Below are positions 26,925-39,100 of a stretch of 64,000 bases of DNA, in pieces (the stretch's first letter is position 1; every line of letters starts with the position of its first letter). The notes beneath the pieces are model-generated. The model searched no databases. It was not told the DNA's origin and worked only from the letters and a program-made list of their open reading frames with translations. The DNA comes from Balanoglossus misakiensis (taxonomy: Eukaryota; Animalia; Hemichordata): assembly GCA_040954595.2 (NCBI GenBank), contig CM082597.2:9579778-9643777 (forward strand), written 5' to 3'. The position numbers and the translations under genes are program-made.

Positions 26925-27379
26925 CGCGGAAGTAAACCAAAACAAAGTTTTTAAAAGTAAAAAGAGCAACGCTATCGCTACGTGCTTCGCTCAGTCGATG
27001 CTTTGTCCGCATTTCACTGTTGCCGGACGCATGCGCACTCGCGCAAATCTATTTTTAGCGACATTGATAAAACCCTGGACTGTGCTATTTTGGCGGAAAT
27101 GCTACACGTCAAGTCTGTGTCCGCACTGGCATATGAGCTACAACTATTTCAATGATATTGCCTGATAATATTTAGGGGTTATTACACGAATTTTGGTACG
27201 ATTTGCGAAAATGCGCCGAGAAAAAACACGGCATTTTCACTCGGTGAAAATACCGGCTAATATCTTCACTGAGAGAACAATAGAAAGTGCCAAATACAGG
27301 CGTTGCATATATGATAAATCTGGATAACACTTTAATATATTATGACAAAATGCCTAAAAAATTCAAGAAATATCAGTTG

Positions 27380-27760
27380 GCCTATTTTTAAAAAGTGCGA
27401 AATACATATGTATTGCAATGAAAGACGAAAACGTAATGTCTCAGTATACTACATCTACTTCCATGAGTTCCAACAGCTGAGATTATGCTTTGTTTTTGAA
27501 GTTTCATTGTGTTTGGTTTGTTTGTTTGTTTGTTTGTTTGTTTGGTGTTTGTTTGCATTTTCCCATGACGGCGGCCATATTCCTTTGCGACAAAGCTATA
27601 TTATTTATCTGGTTAAAACTTGCAAAGGCACTCATAGTTAGAGTTTATAATACTTGTATATACATTATACTTCATTGCATACATCATTATGGGCTAAAGG
27701 TAGTGCAGCTTGAAAAAAATATTATAATTATCCCAAAAGTTGCAACTCGTGTGCCTTTAA
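27380..27760 (+). mobile_element. Interspersed repeat ending CCTTTAA, with a second copy inverted at ~63290-63560
   Basis: GCCATATTCCTTTGCGACAAAGCTATATTATTTATCTGGTTAAAACTTG matches the reverse complement of ~63409-63459. ORFs 27490(+) and 63370(-) share AIFLC.KA.LFIWLKL. Confidence 0.6.
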
Positions 27761-27948
27761 TATACACAGCAAGACTAGCCCACGAGTCACTTGGCGATTT
27801 TATGTCTTTATAAATACATGTAATCTCAATACTGTTGTGTGCATGCTTGCGTACTGAGTTGAGTTTCGAATTCTGAATGTCCTTTAGGCCTACTTCTTAG
27901 GGGTAGACCATTTGATTTCTTGGGTGGAGGCATTGGGTATAGCTATAA

Positions 27949-29431
27949 GGGACCGTTCAGTTTTTACGGCAGGGGGGGGGGGCGGCAAGTTTGTGTCATC
28001 GGTTCTCAAAATCAGGCCGACCCCCCCCCCCTTCACCCAGGACCAAAAAATGATGACCCCCCCCCCTTTGACAGACCCAAAAATATGATGACCCCCCCCC
28101 ACGCCCAAAACATTCGCCGTCCTGATCCTATGTACACTGTATGCAATAAAGGGAATGAGGCTCCTCACACCTCAATTATATAAGTATTATTGAAGTATAT
28201 AATAGTATATCGTTGCAATAGAGAAATCTATGAACAAATTAAAATGACAACTCAATACAACAGTTGCTAGAATTTGTAAAACAAGAAAAGTGGCGGGGGT
28301 GGGCGTGAAAATTTTGTAAAATACTGTGCTCAAAGTTGCAATTTAATAATGAACTCAAAAGCAAATTACTAGTAACTCAATGTTAGGTAGGACAAATTTT
28401 AATTTTGCCACTCCACTAAGTAAGCATCGGGGGTGGGGTGGCAAGAAGTCTTCCCTGGTAAACTAGACAAACCAGTGAAGAAATGTAATGTGGCGAAGAA
28501 TGGAGGGGGTGGGTGTGGGAGGGGGTGTGTCCCCCTCCCACGAAAGAAAATTTTGTAAAATATGTAGCGCAAAGTTACATTTTAATAAACTCAAAAGCAA
28601 ATTATCTCAATGTTTGGGAGGACCAATTTTACTTTTTGCCACTCCACTCAAAGTTAGATTTGGCGTCATGTTCGTCATGACATCATTTATAAAACTTCTA
28701 GTATATAGAAGATGCAGCGCGAAACTATCAGTTATGCGAAATGGTTTAAACGATTATTCTCCCTTATGTATTTACTTTGTTAAATATTATCATCGGTGGG
28801 GTTGGGGTGGCAAGCACTCTGCCCTGGTACACTAGACAAACCAGCAAAATTGAAATGTGGCGGATAATGTAGGGGGAGGGTGTAGAAAATTTTGTAAAAT
28901 AAAGGGCACAAAACTGCAATTTTGTGGACTCAAAAGCAAAAGTTCGGTGGCAAAAGTATGTGACCCCCCCTAAACGTTTAAAAAAAAACAGATGACCCCC
29001 CCCCCCTTGTGGACTTCAAAATTTAAGTGACCCCCCCTGGATTTTGCCGCCCCCCGGCCGTAAAAACTGAACGGTCCCTAAATTATGATGTCACACTACA
29101 GTGAACATTTTTTGATTCACAAAAACATCTACCAGTGGATTTGAACGAATGCATGTGATGATGTTCATGTATATGTAACTGTCTTAGTAAATGTAACCAC
29201 TGTTACTATAGAAAATTGAAATAATTAACACAATCACAGATTTCAGTGGGTGGCACACATGTTAAAAGTTTGCCACCACATGGTCATTTGACTTACCCCC
29301 CCCCCCCTTAAACGTTTAAAAAAAACAGATGACCCCCCCCCCTTGTGGACTTCAAAATTTAAGTGACCCCCCCCCCCCCTTGATTTTGCCGCCCCCACCC
29401 CCCCCCCCGGCCGTAAAAACTGAACGGTCCC
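27949..29431. mobile_element. PIF/Harbinger-type MITE (27949-29078) plus a 216-bp templated insert and a duplicated right end (29296-29431)
   Basis: TAA|GGGACCGTTCAGTTTTTACGGC ... GCCGTAAAAACTGAACGGTCCC|TAA. GGG termini and a TAA TSD are Harbinger hallmarks. The right end occurs twice. Confidence 0.85.
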
Positions 29432-29899
29432 TAATTTAGTTTCACTAACCGTGGTGGCATTTTTTTCTCTCCAAACGGTGACTGTGGAGCACGTTTGAAG
29501 CATTTTTTTCCCCAGCACACACGAACAAAATGTTTCCCTTGGCAAAAGGCTTTCGACAAAGTTTTTCTCCAAAAAATCACACAATGCCCCAGAAATCAAA
29601 TGGTCCACCCCTTATCAAAATCGTATTATGTGGGGGACTTTACATGAATTTGATCGGAACTATTAAGACTTTCAATTCTTTGGCACTATCCCACAATATA
29701 TTATAGGTTCTGAACAATTTTCTATTTGTAAGTTTAAAGTTTTCATGTTTAATATTACAAGAGCCATAGACTAGGCCTATATCACATGAATTTGCCCTCT
29801 TATGCTCCAGTGAGCATTTCAAGATAATGGTGACTATATCCCTTTCGAGGCCGGCCGATGGAAGTTAATTACATCTGTTCACCCCCCCCCCCCCCCCAG

Positions 29900-30000
29900 G
29901 GGGTTCACGTCACGTGGGACATGTAACGGAAGTGAGAGCGCCGCCACCGTGTTTGCGGTGCCATGCACCCGCCAGGTCACAGCAGGGTCACGTGTGGAGT
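29900..30000 (+). promoter_or_regulatory. Probable HMBS core promoter
   Basis: CpG-rich patch with CACGTG 29911-29916, CGGAAGT 29927-29933 and GTCACGTG ~29987, about 150-230 bp upstream of the HMBS ATG. Confidence 0.45.
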
Positions 30001-30137
30001 TGTGTTCGGTCACCTGAAGTCTGACCCGATCTGACCCGGTGTTTTGATGATACACATGCAGTGGACTTTGTTTGGGACGTTTTTACTCTCGATAAATCCT
30101 GCACCTTTTCTTGAGGAGGAATTAAGTTGATGCCACA

Positions 30138-33100
30138 ATGAGTGGTGACGACGTGATTAAGATTGGATCGCGAAAAAGCGAGGTGATTTATATGAATCAG
30201 AATTTCGGTCAAGTACATGATGTAGTGTTTCACCATGCCTCGTGACGAGCCAGCTAGTTGAACAGCACTGCCTCCTTAGCTGTTGGTTTTGGCATTCACC
30301 AACACTTTCCAATAATCACACATTCTTACATGAATAGTAACTTGTATTTGGTTGGTCGTATATTGGGTGGCCAGTTAATAGTCTGTGGGGATAGACATGT
30401 AAACCCTTTTCGTTTAATAACACTTCTTTTCATTTCAGTTGGCTTTGACTCAAACTAACATAATTATGGCAGCTTTACAAGATCGTTTCTCAGACAGAAA
30501 ATTTGAAATTGGTAAGTAATGCATATGGATTTCACATACCTATAATAATCAAGTCGTCATATATTCTACTTTGGAAGTTAAAGTGATGGGGTTGTCGCGC
30601 CGCGGTTGTTTGTTTATAAACATTACAATTCATCCACAAATCCCTGAAATTGGACCATTCTTAGAATGAACGAAGCAGCCAACCGTATCGTAGACTGGGC
30701 ATGACGGCAACTGAATATCCTAATATATCGTGGCGACTGCAGTGAGGTTTGTGCTGGCATGGGAGTAGCTGCAATGATTGTAGCGGGTGCTGCTAGGTTG
30801 ACTGGTGTGCACACCACTCAAGCTATCAGCACCCGCTACAATCATTGCAGCTAGTATGGGAGGACATATTCTCATCAACGGAGACACCCACTGTTCATTT
30901 TTTAGTTCTGTTTATCAACCATTTGCTACAAAATGTGCCATTTTAGTTAATTGGACCCCTGCGAAGGTTAGCCCCTAGCGGTCACTTCACTCTTTGGGGA
31001 TCTCTGCACACGTGCCTCACTTCTCTTCTGTAGCCGTACGTGTTAGGTCGTTCTGGCGACCTGGTCTTCATTTTCAAGTTTCCCTTCATCGAACCGCATA
31101 TAATAGCTTGGAGCACTAGACATGGCAGCAGCACCATCGGATTCTCAATTCACTGACATCGAAAGCGAGACACATCACGAAGACGAGTCCGCCTCCATCC
31201 CCAGCAAACCGACACTGCGCAAAAGCAGGCGGGACTCTACACTACGGGCAGTTCGCCCAAAGCCATCTTCCGCTAGACGAGCACACCCACGAGCAAGCAA
31301 AAGTGTCCAAAGACAGCTGGATTCCGTCACAGACCAGGTCAAGGACATTTCGCATCACATCGCCAACGTGATGAAAATCGTCCAGGAGAGGAGCGGTGAC
31401 GTCACAGGCCGCCATTCCAGCCGAGAAAGCGCGCCAAAAAGACAGACAAGAAAGACTTTGTCCGACCTCAGAAAAGACAAAGAATTGCAAGAGTCGGTCG
31501 AAAAACTTTTGGTCGCGAGTTCCTCCAGCGAATCAGGATCCAATTTGTCAGAGACAAGCGGCAGTTCAGAGGATAGCCACACCGCCGGATTCATCAAGCT
31601 GAACGAACGGACGATCGGACGCGATGGCGGGAAAGAGTCCAATGGCAACATTTCTACGCTGACTGTATCAAAAGGTAAACACATGAAGAGCGGAGCCAGA
31701 CGCAAACCGACCGATAGAGTTCGCAAGTACATCCCTTGGCCTCATAAATTCATCAGGGATCCCGTTGCCAACAAGCCTGATGCATTGAAATACAATGATA
31801 TGACTTTATTAGCCCAGTTGGTTTCTGGCGAGATTGAAATCATTCTCAACATGAAACTTCACAGTGCGGCAGCCGCACATAGATTGACTCATTTACAGAA
31901 CTTAGTTACCAATGCGCAATTGTACCCATGGGATAGAGTACGCAAATACCACTCTATCATTTTGCAGTACTTAGAGCAGGGCCTATTGGAGTGGGGAGAT
32001 TGTTTCGACAATATTCACACCAGATTTATTCGGAATCCACCTCAAACTAACACAACACAAACCGGTGTCAGGGTCAAGAAAACACGCCGTACCAGATATT
32101 GTTTTGCATTCCAGAGTAACAAATGTAGTCAGACGGACGACCACATGGTAGACGGCACGCTCGAAAAGTACGTGTGATCCGCCTGTTTACGCAACAGACA
32201 GCAGGAGAAGCGTCACGCGTCTGTTGATTGTCCATTCATCAACCATTAATAAATACATGTATGAAAGTAGCTTTAAAAGCTGAATACTTCCCGTCTTGAC
32301 TCCGGCACTGCCATGCAGTAGCCCTCTCTCACACATTGTTGCATACTAACACTACACACAATAGACCAAAATATGATGATGACAGCCAGACCATAGAGCC
32401 GTCAGCCTTGTCTATTTGCAACTAGAAAGCGAACTGTGAAAACTCGTACAGAGATGTGAACCTCACACTGAACATAGTAACTATTGTAAGAGATAAACCA
32501 TGACTTTGTCTGTGTGGTAAAAATCCTGTCAGCACCCTATCTAGCGGGTCAGGAAAAAACAGAGATAAACCTTTCAGCCAAATTGGAAAATACTCTGAAA
32601 ACCTGCAGTCCATTTGCCATGCATGATAGGACTCGAGGTGTGGTGTTGGACCTCACCGGGTTACCACCAGATTTACAAATCATGTGATATGGATACAATG
32701 TATGAAACCTGAAACTGCTTTAAAAATGTAAAACTTTCCAAAACTCCCAAAACTACATGTCTATACAATACAGGTAGTAATTTCACACTTGTAAACTGTA
32801 TACTAATGTTACAAATGCCTAAAAACTGGCGGCGAAAAAAATTGGATGAACAAGGACCGAATCTCTGCTGCTCAAAGATCTGCCTAGAAGTGGCTCAAAA
32901 ATGCCTCAACACGCACATGGCATTTGCCTCACTATACCTCATTGGTCAATGCAACATTTTATACTTTCTTATCCAATAAGAATACAACAAAAACTGTACG
33001 TGACATCAAGACAAAGATTTCGAGACTTTACTGTCGAAACGTGCGAAATCATATTTCTGAAGATTGCCCAAGTGCATGCATAATGGACGTTGAAGTTAAA

Positions 33101-36100
33101 AAATCAAATTTTTGCAATTGTCAACAATAACAGTGGTCAGTACACATATACACATACTTGAATTGTTGACAAGTTGATTTATTGGGCATTTGGGATATTC
33201 TCCCTCTTGGGATGAGAATAAAAAACTAGTCGACAGTGACACACCATACAAAAAGAAAAAAAGCCAAAGTTATATTACATGTATATGTCCCTATAAACAG
33301 CTAAGGCAATACTAAGTATGTAGAAGTCAATCATTGATTGCACATTGATTGGATGAGTGGTTATGAATACTGTAAAATGGAAAAAAAATTCAGACAATGT
33401 TTGCGAACTTCATGAGAGCCAAAAAAACGTGATAATATATAGTCGTGAAAATAACAATGTGTACAATAGAATGTTTTTTGGAGATAAGAATGCGAAAATT
33501 AATCGTCACAAAATAGTCGCCTATGTTGATATTGTTTCAAAGTAATCAAGGCAAGTATAGTAGTAGTAGTACAGCAACTGCTTGAAAGCCATGCTACAAT
33601 CGTGAACTAAAATCAAAATATGCAATATTGAATATTGTTTAGAAGATAAGATTTCTCGTTGTTGTGATATTGTTTTGTCATGAAAGCTACAGACCAAAGT
33701 TCACTTCCCTTATTGTAAGTAAAAAATTAATTGGACAGTAATTTGGTCTGGTCCCTACAGGGACTGGTCTATTTCAGTCTAGACCACAGTCTGGACTGAA
33801 ATCATTCGTTAAGTGCCCTGTCCATGACACACGACAGCGCCCTCATGAGGTAAGAAGGGATGGTGGGGTCTCGATACCCTGGAGCAAAAAACAAACAAAC
33901 CAAAACTTGCCATGTAAACTGACTGCCATGGTATGTCATACATTCTGGTGTCAGAAGCATTGTGTCAATTAGTTACTGTGTTTGAAAATTGCCCCATATA
34001 CTTACATGGTAGTGTGTATATTTAATAATAAAGTGGTTCGGCTACACGTTTTACGCTAACGTTAACGCGCAACGTCATGAATTTCTGTTATGACATCAAA
34101 TTTTGTGTAAAGTTTGACGTTCACGTTAAAGACTTCGCGTTTTTCACGTGGAGATAGGTGTTTTCACGTTAGTTGCAAACGTGAAAAGTTATTCTCATAT
34201 TTGAGCAACAAAAAATCATATTGTCTATGAAATGTGTGTATATCACATCTAGTGTCAAACGAAAACGCATTTATTTATTTTTAGTTATTTTGTGTGAAAT
34301 TTGGTCATCAATTTTTATGGTCGCCCGACGTTGAAACCATAGTTGCAGTGCAGCGACACGGTGTAACGATGTACACTCTCAAAATTCAAATACAGAGTGC
34401 GCGTGGCACACAAACAGACGTTGATGTGAAGCCAAACTCTTTTCCACCCGAACGTCTAACGCGAATTCGAACGTGGGTTCTACGCATCCACATTCACGTA
34501 AAACGTGTAGCCGAACCTGTCTAATAAGAAATAAAAAACGTGAAGCATTTATATTTTTACTTATTTATTTTGTAGTGCCAATGTCAACTACTGGAGATAA
34601 GATCTTGGACATAGCACTGTCTAAGATTGGTGAGAAGAATCTTTTTACCAAAGAGTTGGAATTAGCATTGAAAGATGGACGTGTAGATCTGGTTGTACAT
34701 TCTCTAAAAGATTTGCCTTCTACTTTGCCTGATGGGATGGTCATAGCAGCAGTCTGCAAGTAGGTCACACAGCTTCTACAATACCATTTACTACACTACA
34801 TACACAGTATAGTATTTGTTACATTATATATAACTTTTCATCTGAACAGGAGTGCAGTGTCGTTGATATTATTTTGTTCCACAGTCTTAGATTTCATTTG
34901 GTACACATCAATAAAGCTTATGTGATCAGTTGGCGTTCAGTATGTAGAGACATGCTAGGCTGTAGATACACTTGTGTCAAGCCTATGGGCCCTAGTTATG
35001 TTGGAATAAAATAACATAAATTTCAGCAACATAGTCTGGGCTGTAGATGTAAGTTTGTTCAAATGACATTGCTACCAAAATATGCAAATTAGCAGAACAA
35101 TGCAACAGTGGTCAAAACTCGAGAACTTCTGCTCAAATAATTTTTTTGCAAGTACCTTAGGAAGACCATATGCACTTTTGTTCATATTGTGCCAATATCA
35201 GAAATTTGCTATTTTAACAAGCTGATGTCATTTCCTTCAGTTCAGTCAATCAAATTCTTTAAAACACTTGTCCAGTGAGTTGATGTTAAATTTGGTGGGA
35301 AGGTACATAGATTGTTTATGCAGACAAAACACAGGTGAAATAGCTTTTCCTGAATAATTAATTGAACCTTACGCTGGCAATTATGTAAAAATCAGCCTTG
35401 CGGACTTCCTCTTAATTCTGTCAATTCAGTTGAGACAAGGTCATTTACACTAAATTGTTGTGGTTGTTGTTGAATATAATTAGTTGACATGTTGTATTTT
35501 CATGGCATTTAGGAGAGAAAATCCCAATGATGCAGTGGTGTTGCACAAGAGGCATTCTGGGAAGTCACTAGAAAGTCTTCCAAAGGACAGGTATTATAAA
35601 CATTTGGTTGTATTTGTTTCTGCTTTCATTGAACCAGCAATCACAAAACTAGATGAACAATCAGAACTTATTTATGCTCCTTTTTTAAATTACAGTGTGA
35701 TAGGTACCAGTTCACTGAGAAGAGTAGCACAACTTGGAAGACATTATCCCCACCTTAAATTCAAAGACGTTGTATCCTTCATAAATTGTTTGCTGTATCA
35801 GTAATGAAGACATATATGCAAGAGCCACAGGCGAGTGCATATATGGAGTGTCATTTTGTGCTATATCGAGAAGGTATACCCACCCTCTGCGTGGGGGAGG
35901 GGAGTGTAGGGGGGGGGGGATTGCTGTTATATTATATCAACTTCAATTTGTTACTTTCTAGACATTAAAATTTAATAAGAATGGGTCATATTTAAAGAAT
36001 AGTGTTTGCTTGTATCAGTGGTTAAATGAATTGGGCCCAGAACATGCATTTTAACCCTCTCCAGAAATACCCATGTATTCAAAATATGGAGACAATTACA

Positions 36101-39100
36101 ACAATAAGTTTCATGTCACATTGTCAAAGAAACATTATTTTGAAATTGTCAGAAATATCTTTCCCAATATCTAAATCTTGCCTTCCCTGTTGTTTGATTA
36201 TGCATTCGACTTGTATATTCATATTCACATTCAGGGGCAAATATAATAGTGCATTAAATGGCTTGTAGAAATTAAAACAGACCGTCAACCGATCACAATG
36301 ATGTATTTGTGGCCATGTTACACTGATATAACATTATTTGTTACTAACACACGGAAGTATTGGACTTGTATAATGAAACCTTTTGTTGGCTTTTTTCTCT
36401 TGAACCCTTTGTGAGGAGGTATTCAATAAGTGTTTCTTCTGGACTTGGCAAACCACACTCACTTATAAAATGATAAACAGTGCTTTCCCTGCAAAATAAA
36501 TTCCAAATCATAGTACCCCTAAACAATTCTAACTGTTCCCTTACAATTTTGGGAAAGGCCACATTTCCCTTTGCTGTTGCATATGCTGGAAATACTTGAG
36601 GTAGAATCAAATCAAAACAGATCACTTAAAATCTAAATGTTCATATTTTATGTGTTTTTTGTCCAAATATGATTTTGTTCACAAATTAGACATGAAATAT
36701 TTCTTGTGACAATTCTTAACTATTTTGTTGAGGGACTATGTTTTGACAAGATAGTGACATCAGAAGACACTGGTGTATTAGAATTTGCCAGTGTTTACAT
36801 AATACAGGCTGTAGTGGAGAGTAGCCTTGAGACTTCAGTATCTTAACTTATGTACACAGAGAGGTAACCTGAACACAAGATTACGGAAACTGGATGAAGC
36901 AGATATGTACAGTGCTTTGGTACTAGCTACAGCTGGGTTAGAACGTATGGGATGGAAGGATAGAATTAGTTTTGTAAGTACTCATATCAGTATAAACTTG
37001 ACAACTTTGTTAGGTGATTATGATAATTATTGACTGTTCTGTTGACTTGATTCCTACAGAAAATGTCTGCTCTCCTAATGACACGGTAACATACGGAATA
37101 GAGCCAGGTTATGGCTTCATGAAAAGATGCTGAATTTGAAATGGAAATTTCTTTCAGGTTTATGAAAAAAAAGTGAAAATAAACTTTAAAATTACATACC
37201 ATGACTACAAGCAGGGAATAAATTCATCTGGGAAAATTGAACTTTTTCATCAAGAAAATATAATGTATGATTATTGCATAAATTAGCATATTTTTATTTT
37301 GTGTTTTATTGTCATAGAGCATTTAGGGACCGTTCAGTTTTTACGGCTGGGGGGGGGGGTCGGCAAGTTTGTATCATCGGTTTTCAAAATCAGGCCGACC
37401 CCCCCTTCACCCAGCACCAAAAAATGATGACCCCCCCCTTTGACAGACCCAAAATTATGATGACCCCTCCCCCCCCCCCCCAACGCTGAAAACATTCGCC
37501 GTCCTGATCCTATGTACACTGTATGCAATAAAGGGAATGAGGCTCCTCACACCTCAATTATAAATTTCTTAAAGTAATTGAATTATATAATTATATCTTT
37601 GCAATAAAGAAATCTATGAACAAAATAAAATGACAAGTCATTACAATAGTTGCTAGAATTGGTAAAACAAGAAAAGTGGCGGGGTGGGCGTGGGAGGGGG
37701 TGTGCCCCTCCCACATAAGAAAATTTTGTAAAATACGGTGCTCAAAGTTGCATTTTAATGAACTCAAAAGCAAATTAACTCAATGTTAGGCAGGACAAAT
37801 TTTGATTTTGCCACTCCACTCAAAGTAAGCATAGGGGTGGGGTGGGAATAAGTCTGCCCTGGTACACTAGACAAACCAGCGAATAAATGATATGTTGCGA
37901 AGAATGGAGGGGTGGGTGTGTCCCCCTCCCACATAAGAAAATTTTGTAAAATATGTCGCTCAAAGTTGCATTTTTATGAACTCAAAAGCAAATTCATCTC
38001 AATGTTTGGGAGGACCCATTTTACTTTTTGCCATTCCTCCAAAGTTAGAAGATTTGGTGTCATCTTCGTCATGACATCATTTATAAAACTTCCAGCATAT
38101 AGAAGATGCAGCACGAAACTATCAGTTATGCGAAATGGTTTAAACGATTATTCTCCCTTATGTATTTACTTTGTTAAATATTATCATCGGTGGGGTTGGG
38201 GTGGCAAGCACTCTGCCCTGGTACACTAGACAAACCAGCAAAATCGAAATGTGGCGGATAATGTAGGGGGGTGGGTGTAGAAAATTTTGTAAAATAAAGG
38301 GCGCAAAACTGCAATTTTGTGGACTCAAAAGCAAAAGTTCGGTGGCAAAAGTATGTGACCCCCCCCCCCCCTAAACGTTTAAAAAAAACAGATGACCCCC
38401 CCCCCCTTTGGCACACACCCCCCCCCCCCCCCCCCCCCCCGGATTTTGCCCCCCCCCCCCAATAATCAATCAATCATTCATTCATTTACTGTGTGTCTAG
38501 GTGTTGGATCCTTCCGTTTGTATGTACGCTGTTGGTCAAGGTGCCCTGGCTGTTGAAGCAAGAGCAAATGAACCATCAACAATCGCATTGTTATCCAAAT
38601 TACATGACAGAGAGACAGTAATTAGGTGTGTCTGTGAAAGGTCATTTCTACGACAACTGGAAGGAGGTTGCAGTGCTCCGGTTGCTGTCCACAGTGATTT
38701 GAAAGATAATAAGGTCAGTCTGAGGTTGTATTTGCAATGTGACCATGAACAGTTCTCTGTAAACACAGGAAAATGTACAGTAGTACATGTCAGTTTTATA
38801 CATGCTATAAATACATCACTATATCTGCTTTGTTTTACAAACACTGTCTACTGAAGAAATGTGAAACTGCAAGTAAAAACACATTGTCAATTATAAGAAA
38901 ACATGAACTAAGTCGTTTTTGCAAAGATGAGTCTGTAGATTACGCTGATTGACATATGTAACATTTATGTAGAATAATCCAATTTGACCTTTCAGTTGAC
39001 CTTGACAGGAGCTGCATTGAGTCTTGATGGATCAGACTGTATCAAGAATTGCATGTCAGTAGACCTTCCAAATCTGCAAGATAGTGAAACATTAACAGAG

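Larger units (their letters stand above)
25893..27089. mobile_element. Internally deleted two-gene DNA transposon (ISL2EU/Harbinger-like)
   Basis: TIRs AATAGCACAGTTCAGGGTTT / AAACCCTGGACTGTGCTATT, plus a subterminal AAATGCGGACAAAG / CTTTGTCCGCATTT pair. Convergent SAP-like and THAP gene starts lie inside. Confidence 0.7.

Noticed and set aside
2011-29294. 27-kb inversion with staggered-break duplications
   Set aside because: A breakpoint at 2011-2226 would separate TEN1 exons 1 and 2, which remain colinear and in frame.
30050-30070. Iron-responsive element (CAGTGN) upstream of HMBS
   Set aside because: The bases flanking CAGTGG do not form the required 5-bp upper stem with a bulged C.
32259-32300. 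SECIS element for the TGA at 32175
   Set aside because: ATGA, AAAA and GA are present, but the helix spacing and pairing do not fit a canonical SECIS, and the site lies after the AATAAA.
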